Shown here piece by piece: positions 43,601-57,072 of a DNA stretch of 64,000 nucleotides. The notes under the pieces are model-generated. The model was not told where the DNA came from. It ran no database searches and saw nothing but the letters and a program-made list of their open reading frames with translations. The translations under genes and the position numbers were made by a program. Positions within the stretch are counted from its first letter, which is position 1. The number at the start of each line of letters is the position of its first letter. The stretch is from Paramecium tetraurelia (taxonomy: Eukaryota), in the NCBI GenBank assembly GCA_000165425.1, contig CT867992.1:186001-250000 (forward strand). The letters are read 5' to 3'.

Positions 43601-45171
43601 ACTTGATGCTAGTTCTGATTTATTAAAATCACAACTAGACATCTTCTTAGAATTCCAGTGCTACAACGTTAATTTAAATATTCCAGTATGTCTTACCTTT
43701 TTCGATTGTACATCTGCATCTGATTCATCTATTTCTTCAATCTAAAAGTTCGGATCATTTTTTATTTAATTCTACAATTGATCCTTAAATGTATTCCACT
43801 GATTCTTAATCATGTTATTGTGATTAAACTTATACATCGTATCTTCAACTATTATTGCATGAATCCTCTACTCCCCATTAGTAATTGTGCCTGTCTTATC
43901 AAAACATACAAACTCTGTCATTACCATGTCTCCTACAGACACAGGATTTAGTTATAAATAATCTATATTAGTACTCTTGTACCCTGTGTAATTTGTATAT
44001 TTTATGTGAGCATTAATAACTTCAATCAAATCTATACAGTTATAGAAATAGATTGGTGTTGTTTTTAAATACTGCAATAGATAGAATATTAGAGTTGGAG
44101 TATTAAAATCCGCTTAATTATAAGGTAAACAAGCAGCAAACGATGCCAAAAACCAACTGATCAGAGAAACTATTAATGAAATGCCCAGAGTCAGGGCAAA
44201 GAACATACTAGACTTTTAAACAAAAAATGATTTCTTCTCAGATTTCTTCATGTTCAAATAACAAAAACAGTTATTCCCTGTTTACAAGACTATTCCAATT
44301 ACATATTAACAGGTTCTGATTTGTTCCTCTCTGAAAATAATGTTTTTGTTATCAAAATATTCCCCCTTAGGATCCTTTTTTAATTTTATAAATCCATTTA
44401 TCTATGATTCAGTAATATTATATTAAATTGATCCTGTGAGCAACTTTTTGTAATCGAAGCCCTGAATTCTGTTTCTCCCATTTTTTAACATAGTTAATTA
44501 CGTTGGTTATCTGGTTTAATCTAAAGTTAGTCCCTAGAAGTTTTGGGTTTGTACTTATAGAATTTCGTCTGAAACATCAAGCAAAAGCATATCTGCTGGA
44601 CACACTTCGTTGCGTTTTAGATATATTATATCACCTTGTTCGACGCATCCCCAAAAACAATTCTCATATAATGATATTTTAGGTTTTTTAAATGAAGATT
44701 ACTGCTGTTATTATTATGTTACTAGGTATTTCGGTTTATCTTTTCTTAGTTTACGAAAGCGCGTGACTCTTCTATTATTAACTACATCATCTTGTGTCCT
44801 CTTTATATGGTCAAAGTAGAGTGCTTTTGATATCTATAGGACGAAATGCATTGTTAGCGGAAGCACGTAAACAACAACATCTTCTTCGGTTGCCCCAAAA
44901 ACTGCGTAATGAAGTATCATGACTATGAAATAAATAACAACGCCAATTCTCTCAAATTACTTGAGAAACAAGCTCAGGATTGTAAAATTGATCAAAGTAC
45001 TTTTAACTTTGTTGTCACTTTTATTTAGCATGTTCACGCATTCCCCTTGTTCCATTTCTAACTGTGATATGTACTCTTATTTACATGGTATTTGTACTTA
45101 ATCTGCTTGGTTGTCACATTTTAGTATTTGCTTTTCAAATATTCAAAAATTAAAAGTGAAAGAGATTTCAT
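37653..45171 (-). CDS. Alveolate P-type-ATPase-like/guanylyl cyclase fusion protein
   Basis: P4-ATPase-like N-terminal half (DNKVKST..LFLKQFER, CPADMLLL, CFDKTGTIT), TM blocks, then two cyclase domains (ILFCDICGFD..KIETVG..QFSLIGDTVNTTSR and LLFADIAGFTEY..KLYTIGDCY..RYDVYGADV..MESNG). Start taken at 45171 via a predicted 23-nt intron; alternative ATG at 45055. Confidence 0.93.
39441..39493. repeat. in-frame 24-nt tandem duplication within the guanylyl cyclase gene
   Basis: ACATTCTATTCTTTTTCCATTTTT x2 plus a partial unit; encodes a repeated NVKMEKEQ on the minus strand. Confidence 0.8.
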
Positions 45172-45787
45172 AATATTTTATTGGTATTTTCAAACTTAAA
45201 TTGCACACTTTAAATGACAAGAGACAAATTAATTAAAGAAATGTAATCAAATATACTCTAAACGATGACAACTTTCAAGAATTTATATCAATACAATATT
45301 ATCTACATTTAATTTAGATATAACATAAGAAAATATATAATTATAATAATTGGATGTTTAAAATTTTGATATATTAACTAATTTTATTAGTTTATGGATC
45401 ATCAAACAATTGAAATTAAGTATAAAATCAGAGACAAAAGCATTTTATTACTTCCGTAAAAGAGATTATGTCTCCTTCTTGTTGACTAGGGTAAAATTCT
45501 AATTTAAATAAGATGTAGGTACTATAATATTTCGAACATATTACAATTTATCTTAGTTTTGGTTTTGATGAGATTAGATATTTTCTGGTTTTGATATGCT
45601 CATTACATCACCAGGTATTCTGAATATATATAGACTATTCTTACTATTGACATTTATTGATTTCAATTTTCAGATCCTTAGATATTTAAATTCAATTTTA
45701 GTTGCTTTACAATAATTATAATAATAAACATTTAATCTATTTTTCTTCTCAATCACTTTCTATATATTATTTACTCATGTACAGTGA

Positions 45788-45965
45788 CAATCGCATATTA
45801 TACTATCTTTTAAAGTTGCATGACATTTATAGTTCAATATCATTTATTTTTTTAGGATTAGGTACATTCAATAATAGAAGATCTTTAGAATTAAAAAAAC
45901 TATAAACTTAAAATCTAGTAAAGTATCTATTACCTACTCATATATTAAAGCAATTCTTATCTAAT
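45788..45965 (+). pseudogene. inverted fragment of guanylyl cyclase coding sequence
   Basis: Reverse complement matches about 38358-38537 (ATAAGAATTGCTTTAATATATGAGTAGGTAATAGAT..). Confidence 0.85.
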
Positions 45966-46124
45966 AAAAGAAAAATCAACAAATTTTTTTTAAATTATTT
46001 ATTGTATTTAATTCTCTTTTTAAAGACTAATTGCAAGTTTAAAAATTATATAGAAAGAATTGTCATTAAATCTCTTTATATTTTATAAATAATAATTGTA
46101 TTATTTTTATATTGTTATTAAAAC

Positions 46125-48836
46125 TCACTTTCTTGTTTTCTCTAAAAATGATATATAGTTTTGCTGAACCTTTAATAAATTAATTGTCGCTTATTTTTAA
46201 ATTTCTTTTTATGTCACTAAAACGCTATTAATAAAAATTTTTTCACACACTTTAGATATTATAATAGCATTATATAACATATTTAATTTTTTTTGAAATG
46301 TAAAAGGTAAGTCAAATTTTTCATTACATAAGGCTATTCCGTTAATAAGAGTAGAAGTTTATTCTCTAAAAAGGTTAAGAAGGATTTTTAATTGAAATTA
46401 AAAATTTTCAAAGTTAACCTTTTAAGGATCCTAATTTTAATCGTCAAATTTAGATATAATGTTATTAACATGATTAAGTTCATTAATCTAATCTTATATC
46501 TATTGATTAATTAGGTATTATGATATATCAGAAAATGTGTTCATTTTTTTATTTTTTATCTTGTATAAAATGAGAAATTTTTCGTTTATACTTATGGAAC
46601 CATCAAAAAGCATCTTAGCAATAAAATTATTTGTTATAAGATTTGAAAGATGTTAATAAAAATTATTTCGATGAGGTAATAACTTTTCTATATGATGCTT
46701 CAATTCAGGAGTTAATTAGAGTTCAAAATTCAAAGATTAATTAATATCTGAATTTTCTAGCTATGTTTTTTCCTTCATTTTTAATATATTTTCACATTTC
46801 CTTAAAACATCCTCTTTAATTTATTTTATTTTTTGTTAGAATAATCCCTCACAATCTACTAATTTTTATTCCTAAATTTTTGTTTTTAAACATGCCTATA
46901 ATGCCATGAATTCATCCACTCTTTCTATATCAAATTCACAGATTTAATCTTTTAATGATTTAATTTCTAATTTCAGCTACTACACTTTTTCATGGATTTC
47001 ATAGCGTTCTGCCGAATAAATTTTGATATAATTTTCTTGATCTATTGCATTTTTAATGATTTTCAAAATGTTTAATTACTTTTGATCTGTAATATCTTTC
47101 ATGGTCTCTGTTTACCATTTTCTAATTATTTATTCCATAGTAGAAGCATTTCTAATTTTAGTGAATACAGGAATGATAAAATTTTCAAGATATTTATCGT
47201 CATTTTAATCTCCTAGCATATTATTAATTAGAGTTATTGAATCGATTAAATCGTTTTTCGTTGTCTAAAGCTGTTCTCCATCAATCATCAACAATAAAAT
47301 TTGTTAACTTACTCTAGTTATTGAATTAAAGATATTGAAATGATTAATACCTCGATTAATATCATAAGTATCACGTATCCCAGGAGTATCAACAAATAAA
47401 AAATTACCAATCTCCAAATTTTCTGTCTAAAATGTTGAACTACTATTTTTATGAGACAACAGAATTTTATTATTCTTTTATTTTACATCGAACTTCTTAT
47501 CCTAAGTAATAATAATATTCTCTGGATTATTTAATATGTTGAGTAATGTACTTTTCCCCACTTTTGTCATACCTAACACAAAAACATAAGGTTTATCTAA
47601 ATTGGCATTTTATTGTTGAGGGATTATTCTCTTAACATATGCTAAACTTTATGGAAGATATAAGTCAAACTACTTAAACTATTAATTTATATCCAAAATA
47701 ATCATGTACAAAGTTTTCTTTATAACATCTTCATTGTATTAATACATTTTTAATTTTTCTAAAATTTCAATATCAGATTCATGTAATTGAAATTTAAATT
47801 GAAGTAGTTAATTGAATACTTCATTATGTGGTTTATCTTTTGACTTTATTCTCAAATAAATTTCAAATTCGGTATTTTCTTAAACAATATTGTTTAAACA
47901 TTATATCATTTTCTATCTATTTTTATATATGATCTATTTAAATTATTCTGCCATTTTGTAGAAATCCTTTTCACTTAAGATTATGCATATATCAGCAATA
48001 AAAGTCTTCAAACTTTCTAAATATAATGAAACATTTTAATTAACTTCTATTTCATTATTCAGATTGATTGGGAATTCAATCATTAGCAATATGTCTTTAT
48101 AAAGTTGTAAAAGTTCCTTCTCAAATTCTATTAATACTACATCAACCTAATATTATACATACTGATAGCATATAAATCCTATCTAATTAGGAACATCCTA
48201 ATTAAATTAAACGTAATTCAAAAATTCATCCAATTTCTCAATAAATGAAATGTCAAATTTATTCTATTAATTAATTTTTTTCATATGTATTTTTTTAGAT
48301 GAAATCTTACAATAATTCATTTCTTCTTTATTCTATATATTTTACACACATATGATATCTTATAGCTTTTTGAAAGACCCCTCAAGAATTTAATAAATAC
48401 AATTTATTATATTTTCTAAAAATTCCAAACAATTTTAGTTCTTTTGTAGAAAGTGAAACACAAATTTTATCTAAAAGTTTTATTAAGTTTATATGAATTC
48501 CTTGAAAAATATTCTAAATCTAAATAAATTTTAGATATTGATTTGTTCATCATCCTATATTAACTTATTGAAGTGATAGCAGAAAATAGATTATTATTCT
48601 TTTTTTTTATTATTAAATTAAAATTAACATAATTATCCACCATTCCATATTCTTTCTTACCTATGAATAATCGATAAGTTTGACATTAAATCATAGTATT
48701 TTTGAGTATTTGTTAGATCGAAATAAAATATAAACTTTTGGATATGATTTTATTAAATGACTGATGGTTCTGGAATTGGTATTTTAATATCGTAGATTTG
48801 TTTAAATTCCTCGAAGAATCCCTCGTGCTACTCCAT
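46125..48836 (-). CDS. Large AIG1/GIMAP-like P-loop GTPase, copy 2 (903 aa)
   Basis: Intronless ORF MEQHEGFFEEFKQIY..GMTKVGKST..FVDTPGIRDT..FTKI..FLEKTRK*; length divisible by 3; inverted paralogue of copies 1 and 3. Confidence 0.85.
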
Positions 48837-49080
48837 TAGATTTTGTCAATTTTTAGTTAATTTTATTAATATCATTAGAGTTTTTGTAATTCTATTACAT
48901 TTAAAAACTTGAATACGAAAAAAATAATTAATTCAGAAGTTTTTGGAAACATATAAAATATATTGAATCTATGTAATTTTTTAATTATATATATAGTTTA
49001 TCTTAAACGATATGACTTTTAAGAATATAAGTTTGTTAAAAATTATATAAAAATAACTAAATTTAACTTAAAAATAATGA

Positions 49081-49852
49081 TCAACAACAACTTGATTAGT
49101 TTTAATTTTTATCTATATTTGGAGAGTGTCCTTCAAATGATTAAGTTTCAGAAAATGATTTAATTATATTAATTGGATCACCTGACTTTTTATTTACTCT
49201 TGTAGCTTATCTAAATGATTCACTACTAAAATACTTTAGTAGTACTAACTTAGCTGATTATACAAATGCCTAAAGAAGCAATATGGTTTATATATACTTC
49301 CTCTACATTTTCCCCAGTTTTTGCAGATGTTTCAAAAAATAAACTAAATTTATTATTATTCATAAAAGACTCACCCTCTTCTATTTAAACTTCTCTTGTT
49401 AAATCGCATTTGTTCCCTACTAAAACTTTTATAATCTCAGGATGTGCATGTTATTCTATTTCATTCATCCAAATTGACAATTAATCAAATGATTCTTTTT
49501 AGTTGACACTATATACAATGAAGACGGCGGGCCGATCCACGATAAAATCCTCTAATCACGCTACGAAATTATTCCTAACCAGCCTAATGAAAACAATGAG
49601 ATTTGAATATATACTGTATCCCATATTTAGAGTTCCACCAAACCTTTATCAACCTAAACCAATTTTTTGATGAATTCCACCCCTATTGTTGCCTTTATGT
49701 TATGCTTAAACTCCTCATTTTGATAGCGTTACACAATACAGCTTTTTCCAACAGCTAAGTTGAAAATTCTTAATACATTAATCTCCAATGAGAATGAATT
49801 TGAATAAAGGGACTTTCTCTTTACTCAATTCTAATTGTTAATTTTGATTCAT
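49081..49852 (-). CDS. Rab-family small GTPase with an apparent +1 frameshift near 49530 (pseudogene or sequence error)
   Basis: LFKFILIGD..VGKS..ATIGVEF..WDTAGQEQFRSVIRGFYRGSA[extra C]AVFIVYSV..GNKCDL..ETSAK..SSCC*; three short introns. Confidence 0.85.
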
Positions 49853-49995
49853 TAGAAAATCTATATTATTAATTAACTCAATATACACTCTAAAAGAGTA
49901 GCAAAAATTGATAAGATATCAAAATTTAAAACTTAAAGTTTATCAGACAAGTGAGAAAATAATTTTTATTGTTAAATTAAAAGTATATATTTATA

Positions 49996-51198
49996 ATGCA
50001 ATTTCATTTACAACATTCTTCTTTAATTGAGAGCTTTCTCACTCAATTTGGTCTATAGAAACAAAATTAGGTGGTTGAATTCTTGATAACTATGGGAATA
50101 GATTTGGCAAATAAGATAGGAGCTAGAAACCCAAAAGAATTATACTATTAATTAAAACAACTATCAAGTATCAATATTACATTATAAATCACAGAAAATA
50201 TTAAGGAACAAACTTCAGGGGATATAAAAAATGAAATAAAAACAATTCAAAAACAAATCAGAGACTTAAATGATCTAATCTAAATTTCTTAAAGAGAAAA
50301 TAAAAATGCTTAAGGAACACTCAAAAAATACATTCAACCTACCTAGATTAATTCAAATCGATACGAATAATATGAATAGTGTGAGGATAATTATGTTCAT
50401 CGGCATCATTACCAAAATAAACATTAAACATATAACACACAGAGATCGCAATCAAAGTCTCCAGTCCACTTAAGTGATCGTACTCCTCATCAATTAAAGC
50501 ATTCCAGATCTCAATCCTAAAGAAATCTAACTCCAAAAATTACTGAATCACCTCCTCCCCCTTAAATCGTATACATCAACAATATGCATAACAAATTCGA
50601 TATCAAACCATAATTTGATGATCGATAGATGTAATCATTACTTCCATCATATTCTAGCAAAAAATTGATGTATGGAGATTCCAAAAACTCAGACAGAGGT
50701 CGATACTTTGGTAAAGGTCCTTCTCCTTAATAATTAGTTTACTCCTCTCAAACTAGTGGTGGTCTTTCTTATAGGCAATATCCTGGGTAAGTCATTCATC
50801 ATTAAACGGATAAATAGAAATAGAATACTTCACCTAAGAAATTGCCTGCCTATCTATAGAATGTGGAATCTAAAATCAAACCGCTGGTTGATTAAGATAA
50901 GCTCTAATATAGGGAGACCTAAAGAGATCGGGAAAGTAATAAATAACAATAGGGCACTGTAAAAAAATTTAATAATAATTCCTTACAATAGTAGAATAGC
51001 GCTGAAACGGACACCTTCTTTGATATCCAGTAATATATTTAGGATTAGAAAAAATGTTAGTTTTCTCCAGTGTAGGAAATTAATGACGATGAGAGAAATG
51101 AAGATATCGAAGCCAGTGATACTTTCTCTAATTTCAGTCCACCGAATGAGGAAGTAAAGGAATTCTTTCAGCAAGAATATCTTTAATAGCGTAGATGA
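49996..51198 (+). CDS. hypothetical low-complexity protein
   Basis: Open frame with a short intron near 50168; ends ..FSPPNEEVKEFFQQEYLQQRR*. Confidence 0.6.
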
Positions 51199-51227
51199 TA
51201 TAAGATTATTGAATTTCTAATTATTAT

Positions 51228-51840
51228 TCATTAATTAGTCGCTCTGGATAAAACATCGTAAAATTAATCCTTCGTCACATACCCTTAACTAACAAATGTA
51301 TTTCAATAATTTACCTTGGGTTTTTGCTATTAGCCTCCTAAATCATCAGCTTTAATTCATCATCTGACATTGTCTCTCCTAATTCAAGAGCTACCTTTTT
51401 TAAGTTTTCAAAAGTGATGAAATTATCATTACCTTAAGAAAATAAATGAAAAGCCCTTTCTATTTCTTCCTGTGATTCTTTTGCATTCTAATTATCAGTC
51501 AACATAAATGTATACCATTTTCTCTGTCATGATTTGAAGAAACTCATTGAAATCAATTGTATTTTTATTTTCCTTTGAATCGTTGTTATTATTAAGATTT
51601 TATTTTAAGTTTTAAATCTCTTCTTTTCCTGGTTCAAAGCCTAATGCACGTAAAGCAACTTTTAATTCTTTTTCATCAATCGTACCTATAAATAATTAAA
51701 TTTTCGTAACAACCTGATCCATCCACATCGAATAAGTCAAAAGCTTCTTTGATATCCTTCTTTTACTTTTCACTAAGCTCTTAACGGAATGAATGACCTG
51801 CTTTTGCTTTCCTTTATCCTTTTTTGGCTTTTCCTTGCAT
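51228..51840 (-). CDS. Centrin (EF-hand)
   Basis: [77 protein letters not shown]; three introns. Confidence 0.9.
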
Positions 51841-52360
51841 TTAACTTATTATTGTTTAATAAAAATATAAAATAAGTTGGCATATTCAATCTAAGTTATT
51901 GAATAACTCAAAACTCCATTAATCAATGAAATATAATTTCTAAGATTAAAACATAGATTATGATAGATAATTATTGACCTTATCTTAGTGATAAGGTTGT
52001 CAATATCATTGAATTCATAATGTTTTAGATGCAGTTTATTAGAAATTATTTTTAATTGTTACATGATCAATCATCTAAATTAAAATGATTCTGTCTATCT
52101 AACAATTATTGTTTTCACTATTGATTATGCTCACTCTCATTATAAGATGTAAAATTTAAGTCTTTGAACTAGAAAATTAGCTTATATAATATAATATTGA
52201 TGTCAAAAAAATAAATTATAAACCACGATTCAATGTTGATACAAAGAAATATTAAAAAATAAAAACAATGTGGATGAATGCTTCGAAAAGAATACAAAAA
52301 TTATTCAAAACTAATTATCATGATTCTGATCTATAATATTCTAATTTATTATTATTTTTA

Positions 52361-52861
52361 TCAACAAACCCCTGCTGTTAGTATTTGAACTAGTTCTTTA
52401 GGATCTCCTCCATAAGTAGATATTTCAGATATCTAATCTAAAATTTCAAAACCAGAGATTATTTCTCCAAATGCAACATGTTTGCCATCAAGTTATGGAC
52501 AAGCAGTTAAAGTAAAGAAGAATTATGATCCATTTGTATTAGCCCCTCTATTTGCCATTGAAACAATTCCTCTTTTATCATGTCTAATATTAAAGTTTTC
52601 ATCCTTGAAATAATTTCCCCATATACTAGTACCTCCTGTTCCATCTCCTCTTTCATAATCTCCTCCTTGAGCAATGAAATTTTCAGAACATCTATGAAAG
52701 TTTGTTCCCCCGTATTTAGTTTAACACAATTTTCTGAAATTTTCACAAGTTTTTGGACATTATTAATCGAATAATCTTATTATCACTTAAACAGGCTATC
52801 TTTTTCCAACTTACATAGTCATGAAACAGTCTTTCTTGCTTTTAGATGATTTATTCCCCAT
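52361..52861 (-). CDS. Cyclophilin with N-terminal myristoylation-like motif
   Basis: Intronless 166 aa: [63 protein letters not shown]. Confidence 0.9.
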
Positions 52862-53551
52862 TTGATTTAATTATTTTGATAATAATTATTAGTAAATTAT
52901 AAAAAGCACACATGGCAAAAATATCATTGAATATGTGAGACTTTCTGATTTTCTTCATTGAAAATTACTTTCTACTTTATTTTCGTATTCCTTAACCACC
53001 TTTCTTAAATGATAAATTTTGATTTCCGCCTATATTAGAAAATTGACCTTAATATTACAGATAAGATTGATAATAATAATATTATGTTGGAATCCATATT
53101 TTTTAGTTAAATTCAAATTATGGAAGTTATGGTTTTAATAAGAATATATAATATTTAATTTTAAGGTTAAAAGGCGGGATATAAATAAGATTATTTTGTA
53201 ATAAGAACCAATTAATAAAATTAAAATTAGTATCAATATTTCACTATTTAGATTTTTGAAATATTAAGCAAAACTTTTTTAATTCTTCATCCTTTTAATC
53301 AATATGAGTGGTGAATGTTAATTTTCCAAATTATATTAAATAATAGACATTAGAATTATTTATCCCTTATTAATCAAGAGATTAAATCTAATGATGATTT
53401 GAAAAAAGCCATTTTTTTGTAGAAATTTCTAATCTTCCTAGCCCCAGAAACTCTCATCAATTCATTTTCCATTTATTCTTCTAATCACAAATTAAAAATA
53501 TTATTCTTTCATTTTTGCTTGTTATAATTGAAAAATATATATAGGCTATTG

Positions 53552-53738
53552 TAGCAAGATGGAAACTTTAAATCGAATTACAAACACTAGAACCAAATAC
53601 AATTAATGTTGCAAATACAATAGAGTAATAGTCTTTGATATGAACTAAATGAAATGTAGAGAAAGCATAAATACCATGTTTATACCCTCCATCTAATCAA
53701 TGAATTCTTATGCCAATACTTTTTATCTGTCTTTAAAA
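53552..53738 (-). pseudogene. fragment of guanylyl cyclase coding sequence
   Basis: Diverged direct copy of about 38810-38996 (TAGCAAGATGGAAAC..GTCTTTGATATGAACTAAATGAAATG..). Confidence 0.9.
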
Positions 53739-53752
53739 ATACTATATATTAT

Positions 53753-54182
53753 AATGTCAACTAAAAAGAATCATTTGATTAATTGTCAATTTGGATGAAT
53801 GAAATAGAATAACATGCACATCCTGAGATTATAAAAGTTTTAGTAGGGAACAAATGCGATTTAACAAGAGAAGTTTAAATAGAGGAGGGTGAGTCTTTTA
53901 TGAATAATAATAAATTTAGTTTATTTTTTGAAACATCTGCAAAAACTGGGGAAAATGTAGAGGAAGTATATATAAACCATATTGCTTCTTTAGGCATTTG
54001 TATAATCAGCTAAGTTAGTACTACTAAAGTATTTTAGTAGTGAATCATTTAGATAAGCTACAAGAGTAAATAAAAAGTCAGGTGATCCAATTAATATAAT
54101 TAAATCATTTTCTGAAACTTAATCATTTGAAGGACACTCTCCAAATATAGATAAAAATTAAAACTAATCAAGTTGTTGTTGA
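53753..54182 (+). pseudogene. 5'-truncated copy of the Rab gene
   Basis: Near-identical to the reverse complement of about 49081-49510 (VNQKESFDQL..SSCC*); lacks G1-G3. Confidence 0.9.
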
Positions 54183-54426
54183 TCATTATTTTTAAGTTAA
54201 ATTTAGTTATTTTATAGAATTTTTAACAAACTTATATTCTTAAAAGTCATATCGTTTAAGATAAACTATATATATAATTAAAAAATTACATAGATTCAAT
54301 ATATTTTATATGTTTCCAATAACTTTTGAATGAATTATTTTTTTCATATTCAAATTATTAAATGTAATAGAATTATAAAAATACTTATGATATTAATAAA
54401 ATTAACTAAAAAATTGAAACAATCTA

Positions 54427-57072
54427 ATGGAGTAACACGAGGGATTCTTCTAAGAATTGAAACAAATCTACGATATTAAAATACCGATTCCAAAACCATC
54501 AGTCATTTAATAAAATCATATCCAAAAGTTTATATTTTATTTCGATCTAACAAATACTCAAAAATACTATGATTTAATGTCAAACTTATCGATTAATAAT
54601 AGCAAAGAAAGATAATGGCAAGGTGGGTAAATATTCTAGTTTTAATTTAATAATAAAAAAAGAGAATAATAATCTATTTTCTGCTATTACTTCAATAATT
54701 TAATATAAGATGATGAACAAATCAACATTTAAAATTTATTTAGATTTAGAATATTTTTGTAAGAATTCATAAAAACTTAAAAAAACTTTTAGATAAAATT
54801 TGTGTTTCACTTTCTAAGAAAGAACTAAAATGATAAGGAATTTGAAGAACTTATAATAAATTTTATTTATTAAATTCTTGATGGAACTTTCGATAAGTTA
54901 TCAGATATCATATGTGTGTATAATATATAGAATAAAGAAGAAATGAACTATTGTAAGATTTCATCTAAAAAAATACACTTTAATAAAAATAATTAATAGT
55001 AGAAATTTGACATTTCTTATATTATTTTATTGGATGAATTTTTGAATTACGTTTAATATAAATAGGATGTTCCTAATTAGATAGGATTTATATGCTATCA
55101 GTATTTATAATCTTAAGTTGATATAGTATTAAAAGAATTTGAGAAAGAACTTTTACAACTTTATAAAGACATATTGTAAATAATTGAATTCCCAGTCAAT
55201 CTGAATAATGAAATAGAATCTATTTAAAATGTTTCACAATATTTAAAAAGTTTGAAGGCTCTTATTTCTGAGATATGCATAATATTAAGTGAAAAGGATT
55301 TTTACAAAATGGCAATAGAATTTTAAAAACTCATATTTAAAAATAGAGAGAAAATGATATAATATTTAAACAATATTGTTTAAGAAAATAGCTAATTTGA
55401 AATTTATTTGAAAATAAATTCAAAAGATAAACCACCTAATGAAGTATTCAATTAACTACTTCAATTTCAATTTAAATTTGATGAATCTGACATTTAAATT
55501 ATAGAAAAATTAAAAATGTATTAATACAATGAAGATGTTATAAAGAAAACTTTGTAAATGATTATTTCGGATATAAATTAATAGTTTAAGTAGTTTGACT
55601 TATATCTTCCATAAAGTTTAGCATATGTTAAGAGAATAATCCCTCAACAATAAAATGTCAATTTAGATAAACCTTATGTTTTTGTATTAGGTATGACAAG
55701 AGTTGGAAAAAGTACATTACTCAACATTTTAAATAATCCAGAGAATATTATTATTAATTAGGATAAGAAGTTTGATGTAAAATAAAAGAATAATAAAATT
55801 CTGTTGTCTCATTCAAATAGTAGTTCAACTTTTTAGATGGAATATTTGGAGATTGGTAATTTTATATTTGTTGATTCTCCTGGATTACACGATACTGATG
55901 ATACTAATAGATGTATTAATCATATCAATATCTTTAATTCAATAACTAGAGTAAGTTAACAAATTTTATTGTTGATGATTGATGGAGAACAGCTTTAGAC
56001 AACGAAAAACGATTTAATCGATTCAATAACTCTAATTAATAATATGCTAGGAGATTAACAAGACGATAAATATCTTGAAAATTTTATCATTCCTGTATTC
56101 ACTAAAATTAGAAATGCTTCTACTATGGAATAAATAATTAAAAAATGGTAAACTGAGACCATGAAAGATATTACAGATCAAAAGTAATTAAATATTTTGA
56201 AAATCATTAAAAATGCAATAGATCAAGAAAATTATATCAAAATTTATTCTGCAGAACGCTATGAAATCCATGAAGAAATGCAGTAACTGGAATCAGAAAT
56301 TTAAAGGATGTAAACATAATATTTTAAGAAAAAAAAGGATGATAAAGAACGCTAGGTGTTAGAGGAGTAGATTTAACTTAAATAAGAGGAGTTAGATAAG
56401 TTGAATTAGGAAGGTTTATTCTAAAAAAAAATACAAAATATTAAGGAAGATGTTTTAGGGAAATGTAAAAATTTATTAGAAAGGAAGGAAAAAATATTGA
56501 AAGAAAAATAAGATATTGTTTTGAATTTTGAACTCAAGCTAACTCCTGAATTGAAGTATCATATAGAAAAGTTATTAACTTATCGATAAAAATTTTATCA
56601 ACATCTCTTAAACAATATAACAAATGAATTTATTACTAAAATGCTTTTTGATAATTCAATAAGTTTAAACGATAAAGAGAGTGAAATATTTCAAACATTA
56701 AAGATAAAAATGAACAGACTTTCAGATATACCAAAAGAACTAATTAATCAGAATATATAAGATTAGATTAATGAACTTAATCAATTTAATAATATCATAC
56801 TAAAATATGATCATTGGGATTAGGATCCTTAAAAAGTTGATTTTTAATATTTTCAAATTTAGTTAAGAGTCCTTAAAAGCCTTTTTATAGGCATAGATTA
56901 TACTAGTATCTTTTAATACACTATTTTACCATTTATATTAATAACAACAATTAATTACCTATTTAATAACAGCATTTTTGTGACATAAAAAGAAAAAGAA
57001 AAATAAGAGAAAATGAAAATGTTAAACATTCAGCAAAAATATATATCAATTTTAGAGAAAACAAGAAAGTGA
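54427..57072 (+). CDS. Large AIG1/GIMAP-like P-loop GTPase, copy 3 (881 aa)
   Basis: Intronless ORF MEQHEGFFQELKQIY..GMTRVGKST..FVDSPGLHDT..FTKI..ILEKTRK*; length divisible by 3. Confidence 0.85.
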
